From positions 192,001 through 256,000 of the forward strand of contig CAWFFU010000010.1 of the NCBI GenBank assembly GCA_963815215.1: DNA of 64,000 nucleotides, written 5' to 3'. Position numbers and translations under genes: made by a program. Source of the stretch: an uncultured Trueperaceae bacterium (GTDB lineage Bacteria > Deinococcota > Deinococci > Deinococcales > Trueperaceae). Every line of letters starts with the position of its first letter. Positions within the stretch are counted from its first letter, which is position 1. Shown piece after piece: positions 18,628 through 28,546 of this stretch. Under the pieces are notes generated by a model. It searched no databases, was not told the DNA's origin, and worked only from the letters and a program-made list of their open reading frames with translations.

Positions 18628-18800
18628 GGCCCTCGCGCGATCGCCGGGCGCGGCGCCGGACCCGCGTCCTCCCGGTACCATGCGAGTTATGGAGGTCGTC
18701 GCACGGTGACGGTGAATGGCGGCAGCGGGGAGGGCGCCCGCCGGCCCGGCCCGGCCCTCGCAGCAGCCGCCGGCCTGTCCCGGAGTCCGGAGCCCGCGCC

Positions 18801-19862
18801 GTGACGTTCGCCTGGCTGCTGCTGCTGGTGCCGGTGTCGGTGGCGGCGAAGCTCGTGCTCCACCTGCCCGATCTGGCGGTGTTCGGGCTCGCCATCGTGG
18901 CGATCGTGCCGCTGGCCGAGTGGATCCGCCGCGCAACCGAACAGCTCGCGCGCCTGACGGGGCCCGCCGTGGGGGGGCTGCTCAACGTGACCTTCGGCAA
19001 CACCGCGGAGCTGGTGCTGGCGCTGTTCGTACTCCAGGCAGGTCACACCGACGTGGTGAAGGCGCAGATCACCGGGTCTATCATCGGCAACTGTCTGCTG
19101 GGCTTCGGCGTAGCGGTCCTGGTCGGGAGCTGGGGGCGGGAGCGGCAGACCTTCAGCCGCGAGCGGGCGGGACTGTTGTCGAGCCTGCTGGTGATGGCCG
19201 TGCTGGGCCTGCTGGTGCCGGCCCTGTTCGACATCACCGAGCGCGCGGCGGGCGTGCCGAACGTCGCCGCCCTCGACGAGCGACTGAGCCTGGGCGTGTC
19301 GGTGGTGCTGGTGCTCGTCTACCTGGGGAACCTGGCCTACACGCTGGTCACCCACCGCGACGTGTTCGCGCGGCACCAGCCGGAGGCGGTGGCGAGCTGG
19401 CCGTTGTGGGCGGCGCTGGGCGTGCTGCTCGGCGCGACCGCCCTGACGGCGCTCGAGGCCGAGCTGGTGTCGGGCGCGCTGGACGCCACGGCGGCCGGCC
19501 TCCACCTGACCCCCTTCTTCCTGGGCATCACCGTGCTGGCCGTGGTGGGCAACGCCGCCGAGTACATCTCGGCGGCCTACTTCGCGCGGCAGGACCGGAT
19601 GGGGCTGGTGCTGTCCATCACCGTCGGCTCGAGCATCCAGGTGGCCCTGCTGGTGGCGCCGCTGCTGGTGCTGGTGTCGTTCCTGATGGGCCGGCCGATG
19701 GACCTGGTGTTCGCCAATCCCCTCGAGCTCATCGCCATCGCCGGGGTCAGCTTCGTCGTCAATGCCATCGCCAGCGACGGCGAGACCACCTGGTTCGAGG
19801 GCATGCTGCTGGTGGCGGTGTACGTGGTGCTGGGCCTGGCGTTCCTGTTCGCCGCACCCTGA
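18801..19862 (+). CDS. Calcium/proton antiporter (CaCA family, ChaA/CAX)
   Basis: Alpha-repeat motifs TFGNTAEL and [15 protein letters not shown]; many TM helices. Confidence 0.93.
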   Translation: MTFAWLLLLVPVSVAAKLVLHLPDLAVFGLAIVAIVPLAEWIRRATEQLARLTGPAVGGLLNVTFGNTAELVLALFVLQAGHTDVVKAQITGSIIGNCLLGFGVAVLVGSWGRERQTFSRERAGLLSSLLVMAVLGLLVPALFDITERAAGVPNVAALDERLSLGVSVVLVLVYLGNLAYTLVTHRDVFARHQPEAVASWPLWAALGVLLGATALTALEAELVSGALDATAAGLHLTPFFLGITVLAVVGNAAEYISAAYFARQDRMGLVLSITVGSSIQVALLVAPLLVLVSFLMGRPMDLVFANPLELIAIAGVSFVVNAIASDGETTWFEGMLLVAVYVVLGLAFLFAAP

Positions 19863-20033
19863 CCCGGCGCTGCCCGGGCGGCGCCGGTCCTGAGGGCCGT
19901 ACCGGGCGCGGTGCGCGGGGTGTGCCTCGCGCCCACGACGGTGCCCGCGAGTACCGCTACACTGGCGTCAGGTCCCCGTCACAACCTTTCACGTCGTCCC
20001 GCAGTCTCGTGAGGGACCGGAAGGAGCGCCGGT

Positions 20034-20402
20034 ATGCGCTTCACACGACGTTGGCTGGTAGCGGTGAGTCTGGCGGCGGGGGCGTGGCTCTTCTTCTCGC
20101 CGTGGCTGCTGGGATACACCGCGGTAGCGGTCGCAACCTGGATGTCGTATCTCCTCGGGGCCGCGATCTTCGTGGCCGCCCTGTGGGCGATGATGGCGAG
20201 AGAGCCGAGGAACCCGGAGCTGATCACGGCCATCCTGGGCGCGTTGGTGTTCGCGTCGCCCTGGATGCTCGGCTTCATGTCTGAATCGGCTGCCCGCGTC
20301 GACGCCTGGTTCGTCGGTGCGGTGGTGGTCGTGGCGGCGTTGCGTGCCGCGACGATGGAGTATGCCGGCCACCGTCCGGAACGGCGGCATCCGGTGGCCT
20401 GA
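20034..20402 (+). CDS. SPW repeat membrane protein
   Basis: Two SPW motifs (WLFFSPWLLGY, FASPWMLGF). Confidence 0.85.
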   Translation: MRFTRRWLVAVSLAAGAWLFFSPWLLGYTAVAVATWMSYLLGAAIFVAALWAMMAREPRNPELITAILGALVFASPWMLGFMSESAARVDAWFVGAVVVVAALRAATMEYAGHRPERRHPVA

Positions 20403-20482
20403 TCGAGGCACCGGTCGCGACCTCGAGCGATGTACTCCGGTCGCCGCACCACATGGTGCGGCGACCGGCTCCGCTGGGGCCT

Positions 20483-21049
20483 TCAGCGGGACGTCGTGGT
20501 CGTCGCGTGGGTGTGGCTCAGTCGTCGCGGCGGCGGCCCTGAGCTGCCGCGAACCAGCAGCCGGGCGGGGAAGACGCGGCGCACCGGCTCGTCGCCGTTC
20601 GTTCTGCTCTCCACCAGATCGAGCAGGATGTCGATCGAGGCCTGCGCCATGGCTTCGATCGGCTGCTCGATGACGTCGATCCGCGGCTCGACGAGCTGCG
20701 TCCAGGAGTAGTTGTCGAAGGTCACGAGGGAGACGTCGCGGGGCACGCGCAGGCCCGCTTCGCGGATGGCGCGGTAGGCGCCGGCCCCCTGGCCGCCCGT
20801 GAGAGCGAGCAGGGCGGTCGGCGGTTCGGGCAGGGCCAGCAGCTCGCGCGCGAAGGCATAGGCTTCGCTCTCGGTGAGGGCGATGACCCGGCGGTACTGC
20901 GGTCGCGCCCGCAGGCCGACGTCGGCGAGAGCGCGCTCGAAGCCTAGCGAGCGGTCCTCGGGGTTGCGTTCGGGGTCGAACGCGCCGAGTGCCGCGATGC
21001 GCCGGTGTCCGAGCGCGGCCAGGTGGCGCACGCCCAGCTCGACGGCGCC
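20483..21049 (-). pseudogene. LacI family regulator, C-terminal part only (HTH absent)
   Basis: HLAALGHRRIA, PPTALL, GLRVPRDVSLVTFD and IEQP motifs; similarity stops at ~21049, where a + strand permease fragment begins. Confidence 0.78.
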
Positions 21050-21343
21050 AACACCGCCCAGGTGATGGCGCGCGTGGTGTTGCCCGTCGCCATCCCCGGC
21101 CTCGCTTCGACCTGCCTGCTGGCCGTCATCCTGGCGTGGAACGAGGCCTTCTGGAGCATCAACCTCACCAACACCTCGGCCGCCACGCTGCCGGTGTTCA
21201 TCGCCGGCTTCAAGACCGCCGAGGGCTTGTTCTGGGCGAAGATGTCGGCAGCGTCGGCGCTGGCCGTGGCGCCGATCCTGGTGTTCGGCTGGATGGCGCA
21301 GCGGCAGCTCGTCCGCGGCCTCACCTTCGGTGCCGTCAAGTAA
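21032..21343 (+). pseudogene. Polyol (SmoG/MtlG-like) ABC permease, C-terminal fragment
   Basis: AQLDGA..WNEAFWSINLT..EGLFWAKMSAAS..QRQLVRGLTFGAVK; starts inside the EAA loop with no N-terminal TMs. Confidence 0.8.
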
Positions 21344-21420
21344 CGCGGCCCAGCGCACCCCTCGCCCGCGCCCGGCTGCCCCGTCCGCTCGTCCACCCTC
21401 GTTCTCTACGGGAGGTTTCC

Positions 21421-22194
21421 ATGGCTGAGTCCAATCCCTTCGATCTCTCCGGTCGCGTCGCAGTCGTGACCGGCGCCGGCCGCGGTATCGGCCGAGCCAT
21501 CGCATCCGCGCTGGGCGCCGCCGGCGCGTCCGTCGGGGTGGCCGAGTACCTGGAGGAGAACGGTCGGCGCGCCGCCGAGGAGCTCGTCCACGAAGGCGTC
21601 GATTGCGCCTACCTGCCGGTCGACGTGCGCGATCCCGACAGCGTCCGGGCCATGGTCGGGGCCGCGCTGGAACGCTTCGGGCGCATCGACATATTGGTGA
21701 ACAACGCCGGTGTGGCCACCAACACGCCCTCCGAGGACGTCAGCGACGACGAGTGGATGCAGGTGATGAACGTCAACCTCAACGGCACCTTCTGGTGCTG
21801 TCGCGAGGTAGGCCGCCACATGCTGGAGCGCGGCTCGGGCGCGATCGTCAACATGGCCTCCATGTCCGGCGTGATCGCCAACGCGCCGCAGCCGCAGAGC
21901 CACTACAATGCCTCCAAGGCCGGCGTCATCCTGCTCACCAAGTCGCTGGCCGGCGAGTGGGCGAAACGCGGGGTGCGGGTCAACGCGGTGTCGCCCGGCT
22001 ACATCGGGACCGAGATGACCAAGCGCGGGATGAGCCACGCCGAGTGGTACCGGATGTGGTTGGACATGACGCCGATGGGCCGCGTGGGGGAACCGGACGA
22101 GGTCGCCCGGGCGGTGTGGTTCCTGGCCTCCGACGCCGCCAGCTTCGCGACCGGCACCAACCTGCTGATCGACGGCGGCTACACCTCCTGGTGA
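21421..22194 (+). CDS. SDR oxidoreductase (polyol/ketose dehydrogenase-like)
   Basis: TGAGRGIG, NNAG and PQPQSHYNASK (YxxxK) motifs; GGAGG RBS. Confidence 0.92.
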   Translation: MAESNPFDLSGRVAVVTGAGRGIGRAIASALGAAGASVGVAEYLEENGRRAAEELVHEGVDCAYLPVDVRDPDSVRAMVGAALERFGRIDILVNNAGVATNTPSEDVSDDEWMQVMNVNLNGTFWCCREVGRHMLERGSGAIVNMASMSGVIANAPQPQSHYNASKAGVILLTKSLAGEWAKRGVRVNAVSPGYIGTEMTKRGMSHAEWYRMWLDMTPMGRVGEPDEVARAVWFLASDAASFATGTNLLIDGGYTSW

Positions 22195-22261
22195 ACCAAC
22201 CGGGACGGTGCCCGGCGCAGTGGCGAGCGGGCGCCGCCCCGTCGCGAGAGGACGGTGCAGG

Positions 22262-23242
22262 GTGCTGCAAGTCGAGATCCCAGGCGTAGGCGAGGTCCGC
22301 GTGGTCGAGGTCGAGCCCTCGACGCCGGCTGCTGAGCAGGCCCTCGTGAGGGTCGAGGCCATCGGCATCTGCGGCTCCGATCTCCATACCCTCCACGGGG
22401 AGCACCCGTTCGTGAGCTATCCGGTGTGGCCGGGTCACGAGCTGGTGGGTGTGGTCGAGTCCGTGGGGGCGGCCGTGGACCGGTCGCTGATCGGCGTGCG
22501 CGTGGCTCTGGAGCCCTCGCTGCCCTGTGGTCGCTGCCGGACCTGTCGAGAGGGCCGTTACAACATCTGCGAGAACCTGCGCGTGCTGGGCTTCCAGGCT
22601 CCCGGCGGCATGGCCGAGACGTTCGTGGTGAACGCCGAGCGCCTGCACCCACTGCCCGACACGCTGTCGGTCGACGGTGGCGCGCTGGTGGAGCCGATGG
22701 CGGTGGCGGTGCATGCCGCACGCCTGCCGGGGCCGCTGGCGGCTCTGCGTGTCGGGGTGGTCGGCGCCGGCACCATCGGACTGCTCACCGGCGTGGCGGC
22801 GGGCGCCTACGGCGCAGCCGAGGTCACCGTGGCCGACCCGCTCGAGCCTCGACGCGACGTAGCCGCGGCGCTGGGCCTCCGAGCGGTGCCGTTGCTGCCG
22901 GCGGCGAGCTGCGACGTGGTGTTCGAATGCGTCGGGAACGAGTCGGCGCTGCGTGCATCGGTGGACGCCGTCGCCAAGGGCGGGACGGTGGTGGTGGCAG
23001 GCGTCTACGGCACCGATCCTCAGGTGCAGGCCGGCCTGGTCCAGGACCGTGAATTGCGGCTGCAAGGGAGCTTGATGTACGTGGCGTCGGACGTTCGGGA
23101 CGCCATCCGCCTGCTGGCTGAGGGGCGAGTGGACCCGCAGCGGGTGATCACGCACCGGTTCGCCCTGGCGCAGGCCGCGGAGGCGTTCCGCGTGGCCGGC
23201 GCCCGCGGGGAGGCGCTCAAGGTCCTGCTGATCCCGTCGTAG
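22262..23242 (+). CDS. Zn-dependent alcohol/polyol dehydrogenase (MDR)
   Basis: GICGSD, GHE, CGRCRTC..C and GAGTIG motifs; start estimated at GTG 22262. Confidence 0.9.
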   Translation: MLQVEIPGVGEVRVVEVEPSTPAAEQALVRVEAIGICGSDLHTLHGEHPFVSYPVWPGHELVGVVESVGAAVDRSLIGVRVALEPSLPCGRCRTCREGRYNICENLRVLGFQAPGGMAETFVVNAERLHPLPDTLSVDGGALVEPMAVAVHAARLPGPLAALRVGVVGAGTIGLLTGVAAGAYGAAEVTVADPLEPRRDVAAALGLRAVPLLPAASCDVVFECVGNESALRASVDAVAKGGTVVVAGVYGTDPQVQAGLVQDRELRLQGSLMYVASDVRDAIRLLAEGRVDPQRVITHRFALAQAAEAFRVAGARGEALKVLLIPS

Positions 23243-23251
23243 GACGAGCGC

Positions 23252-25309
23252 TCAGCCGGCGAGGAACGGCACCTGCCAGTACACCAGGAAAGGCAGGAAC
23301 AGCGCCGCCGCGATCGCCACCACCACCGCCACCACGGTGCGCGGCGCGCGCGTGCTACGGCGCACCAGCAAGGTCAGGACCGCAAGGGCGACGGCCAGGA
23401 CGCCGCTCAGTGCCGAGAGCGCCCTCAGACCGGCTGCGAGCGGCGGCAGCGACAGGCCGTGGGGGTGGTAGAGCCCGAGTAGGAAGCCGATCGCCACCGC
23501 CATGCCCGCTAGCAGCGCCAGGTCCACCAGACTGACGAGCGCCTGGGTGACGCGGAGCAATGAGGCGGCGCGGCTCGCCGGCGCGTCGCTCGCTTCCGGG
23601 CGCGTGGCCGCTGTTCGGAGTGCGCTTGCTCCTCGGCGCGTGTCCGGCTCGCGCCGGCCGCCGATCGCGTCGGGCCGCCGGCGACGAGGCAGCACGCTCA
23701 ACAGCAGACCCTCGCCGAACGCGATCAGGAAGAACACGGCGGCGCCGAGCTGCACCCAGGGGCTGGCGTACCAGGGGGGCGGCCGGTCGCTGCTGGTGGG
23801 CAGCAACAGCGACCGGTCCGCGGCGGGACCGCGCGCCGTGCTCGAGAGCGGGCTCGCCCCGGCAGCGGCCGGCAGGGGCGCTGCCGGCGCCGTCGGAGCG
23901 GTCGTCCCGGCGGTCGTTGCGGTCGTCGCCGCCACCAGCGCCAGGGGGGAGGGCGCTGTGCCGACCGCTGTGCCTACCGCTGTGCCGCCCGCGCTGGCGA
24001 GGAGCGCGCCGCCTGGAGCCGCCGGGGCCAGGCTGCGGACCACGGTCGTGGTCCACCCCACCACCAGCGAGCGGTAGGTGGGGTCGGCGGCCCGGCGGGC
24101 GTTGGCGAGTGCGCTAGCGGAATCGCCGCCGACGCCTGCGCCGTCATGCCCCTGGTTCTGGCGCCCCAGCACGCCGACGTGATCCAGGGGCTGGTCGCGG
24201 TGCTGCGCGGCCTGCAGCAGCGCCACCGTGGGTTTGACGCCGGGGGCGTTGGGGTCGAGGTCGTCGTACACCAGCAGGGTCGGCGCCCTGGCGCGCTTCA
24301 GAGCGTCGGCCGGTGTGTTGTAGGGGTCGTCCTTCAGGAATCCGAGCTGGCTATGCGGCAACAGCGCGGCCAGCACCGGACGGGCGCCCACCAGCAGCCG
24401 CACTCCGCGCATGGCGGCGTCCGCGGCAGCCGAGGAGAAGCCCCTGGCGCGCACGACGTCGCCGGTGCGCCAGATCTCCTCCTGGCCCAACGGAGCGGCC
24501 GAGGTGTTGAGCAGGATCAGGAAGGCGACGTCGGCGTGCTCTCCCACGAAGGGAGCCAGCCAGGCTCCCTGGCCGACGCCCCAGACGCCCACCCGCGAGG
24601 GGTCGACGTCCGCCTGCCGACGCACCGCCGCGACGGCCGCCACCGCGTCGCCGACCTCGTCGTTGAGGTCCAGGGTGCTGCGCCAGTCGCCGGTCGAGGC
24701 GCCCGTCCCGCGCTTGTCGTAGGCGAAGGCGGCGACGCCGTGGGACGCGAACAGTCGGGCGTCGGCGGCGGCCTGGTCCCGGCCCGCGGCGCCGCGTCCC
24801 GGCAGGAGCACCACCGCGGGGAAGGGGCCCGTACCGGCGGGCAGCAGCAGCGTTCCGGCGAGCGTGACGGCGCCGTTGTGCACGGACAGGTCCCGCGCCA
24901 CGGGGGGACCGACCGGCACCGCGGCGGGAGACGCAACGGCGGGAGACGCTACGGCGGGGGCGGAGCGCGCTGAGGGGTCGTTGGCGGCCCCGCCGCTCGT
25001 GAGCGCCGGGACGTCCACCGCGGCGAAGGGGTCGGAGGCCGGGAGCCGATCCAGTCCCGTCCGGCCCGCGGCAGCCCGGAGCGGTAGGTTCGCGCCCAGG
25101 GCCCAGCCGAGTCCCAGCGCGATCGTCAGGACGGCGGCGGCGGCACGCCGACGTCTTGACGGGGCACGTCGGCGTGGGAGCGGGTTCCGAGAGTTGGCAA
25201 GACGCAAGGTGGGCCTCCCGCGGAAGTCGGTTCTCCGAGCATAGAACGGAGGGCCGGCGGCGGACCGCTGGGCAGTCACGCCGTCCTCGCGCGCCGCCGC
25301 CTGCACCAC
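23252..25309 (-). CDS. Membrane-anchored alpha/beta-hydrolase-fold protein with degenerate nucleophile
   Basis: LAGTLLLP..PAVVLL, YDKRGTGASTG, VDPSRVGVWGVGQGAW; N-terminal hydrophobic segment and about 4 C-terminal TMs; start uncertain. Confidence 0.75.
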   Translation of the reverse strand: MVQAAAREDGVTAQRSAAGPPFYARRTDFRGRPTLRLANSRNPLPRRRAPSRRRRAAAAVLTIALGLGWALGANLPLRAAAGRTGLDRLPASDPFAAVDVPALTSGGAANDPSARSAPAVASPAVASPAAVPVGPPVARDLSVHNGAVTLAGTLLLPAGTGPFPAVVLLPGRGAAGRDQAAADARLFASHGVAAFAYDKRGTGASTGDWRSTLDLNDEVGDAVAAVAAVRRQADVDPSRVGVWGVGQGAWLAPFVGEHADVAFLILLNTSAAPLGQEEIWRTGDVVRARGFSSAAADAAMRGVRLLVGARPVLAALLPHSQLGFLKDDPYNTPADALKRARAPTLLVYDDLDPNAPGVKPTVALLQAAQHRDQPLDHVGVLGRQNQGHDGAGVGGDSASALANARRAADPTYRSLVVGWTTTVVRSLAPAAPGGALLASAGGTAVGTAVGTAPSPLALVAATTATTAGTTAPTAPAAPLPAAAGASPLSSTARGPAADRSLLLPTSSDRPPPWYASPWVQLGAAVFFLIAFGEGLLLSVLPRRRRPDAIGGRREPDTRRGASALRTAATRPEASDAPASRAASLLRVTQALVSLVDLALLAGMAVAIGFLLGLYHPHGLSLPPLAAGLRALSALSGVLAVALAVLTLLVRRSTRAPRTVVAVVVAIAAALFLPFLVYWQVPFLAG

Positions 25310-25356
25310 CCCGCGGAGGATCCCGCCTCTCGTTCGCGTCGACGTGGCGCAGCCGC

Positions 25357-25417
25357 TTGACAGGTCCCGCCCGTCGTTGCATTATTTAACCAACTGGTCA
25401 GGAAAAGACCTGACCAG
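25357..25417 (+). promoter_or_regulatory. Promoter TTGACA-17-CATTAT followed by 9-bp inverted repeat CTGGTCAGG-N6-CCTGACCAG
   Basis: Read directly; lies upstream of the second SPW gene and a TetR gene. Confidence 0.7.
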
Positions 25418-25449
25418 ACGTACATCTCGGAACCGGAAGGAGGTTCCTC

Positions 25450-25809
25450 ATGCGTGCATGGACTCGCGGGCAAGACTGGATCAACCTACTGGCAGGCGTC
25501 TGGCTGTTCTTCTCGCCCTGGATCCTGGCCTTCACGGGCGCCTCGGCCGGCGCTTGGAACGCATGGATCCTCGGCGCGCTGGTGGTCATCGTGGCGTTGT
25601 GGTCGCTCGGGAACCCGGAGTCCCGCGGCGTGCTGTGGCTGCAGGTCATCTTCGGGGCGTGGACGTTCATCGCGCCCTGGGTGCTCGGCTTCGCGGTGGC
25701 GGCCGTCGCCGCCTGGAACGCCTGGATCCTGGGCGCCATCATCTTCATCCTCGCTCTCTCGGCGATGGGCTCCGCGGGCGAGCCGCGCGGCGCGCCGCAG
25801 CGAGCCTGA
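25450..25809 (+). CDS. SPW repeat membrane protein
   Basis: QDWINLLAGVWLFFSPWILAF, FIAPWVLGF and AWNAWILG x2. Confidence 0.9.
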   Translation: MRAWTRGQDWINLLAGVWLFFSPWILAFTGASAGAWNAWILGALVVIVALWSLGNPESRGVLWLQVIFGAWTFIAPWVLGFAVAAVAAWNAWILGAIIFILALSAMGSAGEPRGAPQRA

Positions 25810-25986
25810 GCGAGCGTCCGCCACGTAGCGTACAGACGAGAGCGAACCGACGACGGTCGGAACATCCGGGCGGGCCCGAACGAGGGCTCGCCCGGACTCG
25901 TACACTGGACGGGAAGTCATGGAACACGAACTGCGAACGCCACGGGATTCCCGCGTTGCGGCGCGGCGGTCGAGTCGAGGCGTGCC

Positions 25987-26652
25987 ATGAGCCCGCCGGC
26001 CCCACCGTTCGGCACGAACGGGGGCGACGCCTCGACCGACGCCCCCTCCGCGGACGGCGCCGGGCGCAAGAGCAAGAGCGTGGGACGGCCGAGGGTGGAT
26101 CGGCAACAGGCGGAGGCGCGGTGCAAGATCTTGGACGCGGCCGAGGCGCTCTTCGCCGAGAACGGTTTCGACGCCACCCCTACCAGTGCCGTCGCCGCCC
26201 GCGCCGGCGTGACCAGCGCGCTGATCTTCTACTACTTCCAGACCAAGCGCGGCCTGCTGCAGGCGCTCATCGACGAGCGCCCGTTCTTGCCGCGCTTCGC
26301 CGAGCTGGTGGCGGACGTCGATGCCGGCGACCGTCGCACCCTGCTGCGCATCGCCGGTGAGCGGCTCTACGATCTCGCCCACCGCAGCGGGCCGATGGTG
26401 CGCATCGTGGTGCGTGAGATCCTGCAACGCGACGAGTTGCGGCGTCACTGGGAAGATGTCTTGGAGCGCGCCGTCACGGCCCTGGCCGAACGGGTCCGTG
26501 CGACCGACGGTCCCGTGCTGGACGGGGAGCGGGCCGATGCCGTGGCGCGCCTGTTCTTCAACGCCGTGGCCTTCCAGGCGCTCTTCGGACCCGATATCGA
26601 CAAGGAGCGCACCGTTGCCGAGGCAGTCGAAGTGGTGCTCGCGGGCGCCTGA
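25987..26652 (+). CDS. TetR/AcrR family regulator
   Basis: GRPR..ILDAAEALFAENGF..VAARAGVTSALIFYYFQTK. Confidence 0.9.
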   Translation: MSPPAPPFGTNGGDASTDAPSADGAGRKSKSVGRPRVDRQQAEARCKILDAAEALFAENGFDATPTSAVAARAGVTSALIFYYFQTKRGLLQALIDERPFLPRFAELVADVDAGDRRTLLRIAGERLYDLAHRSGPMVRIVVREILQRDELRRHWEDVLERAVTALAERVRATDGPVLDGERADAVARLFFNAVAFQALFGPDIDKERTVAEAVEVVLAGA

Positions 26653-26868
26653 ACGCCCGCTGGCGTACGTCCGACTCGGGTCCTCCGTGCCGCCGCTCGC
26701 CCGCGCATGTGGGGCTCCGAGGGGTTCGATCGCCGGTGGTAGGTTGGGTCTGCCGGCGGCCACCGGTCCGTACCGGAGCGGCCGCGCCGACGTCACGATC
26801 GAGGGCCGTTCGCGTTGGCGGCGGGCGTATTGCTCGAGCGGCCCACCCCTCGAAGGGAGCTGGAGAGC

Positions 26869-28437
26869 GTGAGTGACGCCTCGCAGTCCTGGAACGCAGC
26901 TTCGAATCCGACCGGCGACGCCCTGTCTTCTGCGCCTCCCGGCGTGCCGCTGCGCCCGTTGCAACGGATCGGCGGGCGGAGCGTGCCCGCGGCAGGGGGC
27001 GGCCTGCGCGAGATCCTGGAGCCGTCCCTGGGAGGGGTGCTGGCGGTGGTCCCGGAGGGCACCTCCGAGGACGTCGACGCCGCCGTTGCCGCCGCCCGTA
27101 GCGCCTTCGACGACGGCCCCTGGCCGCGTCTGCGCGTTCAGGAGCGTGCCCGCGTGCTTCACCGCGCTGCCGACCTGATCGAGGCGCATGCCGAGGAGCT
27201 GGCGCGCCTGGAGACCTGGGACACCGGCAAGACGCTCCCCGAGAGTCGTGACGACATGGCTCAGGTGGCCGAGGCGTTCCGCTACTTCGGTTCGCTGGTC
27301 GCCACCCGCGGTGACGAGGTGAACCCAGTGCCGGCGGAGGCGCTCAGCCTGACGCTGCACGAGCCGATCGGGGTGGCGGCGCTGGTCACCCCCTGGAACT
27401 ACCCGCTGCTGCAGGCGTCGTGGAAGCTCGCGCCGGCGCTGGCTGCCGGATGCACCCTGGTGATCAAGCCCAGCGAGCTGACGCCGCTCAGCACCGTGCG
27501 CGCGGTCGAGCTGCTGCACGAGGCGGGTGTTCCGGGGGACGCCGCCAACGTAGTCCTGGGCTCCGGTCCGGGCGTTGGCGCACCGCTGGTGGCGCACCCG
27601 GACGTCGACATGGTGTCGTTCACCGGCGGCATCGTGACCGGTCGCGCCATCGCCGCGGCGGCGGCGGACACGGCCAAGCGGGTGGCGCTGGAGCTGGGGG
27701 GCAAGAATCCCAACATCGTTTTCGACGACGCCGACATCGACGCCGCGCTCGACCACGCCCTCAACGCGGTCTTCTACCACGCCGGCCAGGTGTGCTCGGC
27801 AGGCTCGCGCCTGCTGGTCCAGGAAGGTCTCCACGACCGCTTCGTGGACGCCATCCTGGAGCGCGCGGCCGCCATCCGTCTGGGGTATGGCTGGGAGCCC
27901 GGGACCGAGATGGGCCCGCTGGTATCCGAAGCGCACCGCGCCAAGGTGGAGGGCCTCGTGGCGTTGGCGCTGGACGAGGGCGCCACCCTGCGCTTGGGCG
28001 GCCAGCGACCGGGAGATGAACGCTTCGGGCAGGGCAGCTTCCTGCTGCCCACCGTCCTGACCGACGTCCAACGGGGCATGCGTATCGCCCACGAGGAGAT
28101 CTTCGGGCCGGTGCTCACCATCGAGCGCTTCCGCGACGAGGACGACGCGATCGCCGCAGCCAACGGCACCCGGAGCGGGCTGGCGGCCGCGGTGTGGACG
28201 CGCGACGTGGTGCGGGGGTTGCGCGTCGGCCGTGCACTGCGCTTCGGCACGGTGTGGCTCAATGACTTCCATCCGTACTACCCGCAGGCTCCGTGGGGCG
28301 GCATGAAGGAGTCCGGTGTCGGCCGCGAGCTCGGGCTCAGTGGGTTGCGCGAGTACCAGGAGGAGAAGCACCTATACCTGAACCTCGACGTCCATCCGGT
28401 GGGATGGTTCGGCCGTCACGGAGTGAAGCGGGGCTGA
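26869..28437 (+). CDS. Aldehyde dehydrogenase (betaine-aldehyde dehydrogenase-like)
   Basis: PWNYP, KPSE, FTGG, LELGGKNP, GQVCSAG and EEIFGPV motifs. Confidence 0.93.
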   Translation: MSDASQSWNAASNPTGDALSSAPPGVPLRPLQRIGGRSVPAAGGGLREILEPSLGGVLAVVPEGTSEDVDAAVAAARSAFDDGPWPRLRVQERARVLHRAADLIEAHAEELARLETWDTGKTLPESRDDMAQVAEAFRYFGSLVATRGDEVNPVPAEALSLTLHEPIGVAALVTPWNYPLLQASWKLAPALAAGCTLVIKPSELTPLSTVRAVELLHEAGVPGDAANVVLGSGPGVGAPLVAHPDVDMVSFTGGIVTGRAIAAAAADTAKRVALELGGKNPNIVFDDADIDAALDHALNAVFYHAGQVCSAGSRLLVQEGLHDRFVDAILERAAAIRLGYGWEPGTEMGPLVSEAHRAKVEGLVALALDEGATLRLGGQRPGDERFGQGSFLLPTVLTDVQRGMRIAHEEIFGPVLTIERFRDEDDAIAAANGTRSGLAAAVWTRDVVRGLRVGRALRFGTVWLNDFHPYYPQAPWGGMKESGVGRELGLSGLREYQEEKHLYLNLDVHPVGWFGRHGVKRG

Positions 28438-28546
28438 TCGGGCGCTCCCTCCCGTCGCCTGAAGGGTTGCGGCCCGTGTACGCCTGGCACCACCATGGGG
28501 TTGCGGGCTAGCGGCGCCGATGCCCTGCCCGGAGCGGAGGCTCGCG

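Noticed and set aside
20483..21505. 340-aa ORF as a single intact LacI protein
   Set aside because: Its N-terminal ~150 aa are the antisense of the permease fragment and the SDR start; there is no HTH.
25486..28371. 961-aa minus-strand ORF and similar long overlapping ORFs (8743-11010, 35436-37331, 58014-59795)
   Set aside because: Shadow frames of real genes caused by high GC and scarce stop codons; no motifs.
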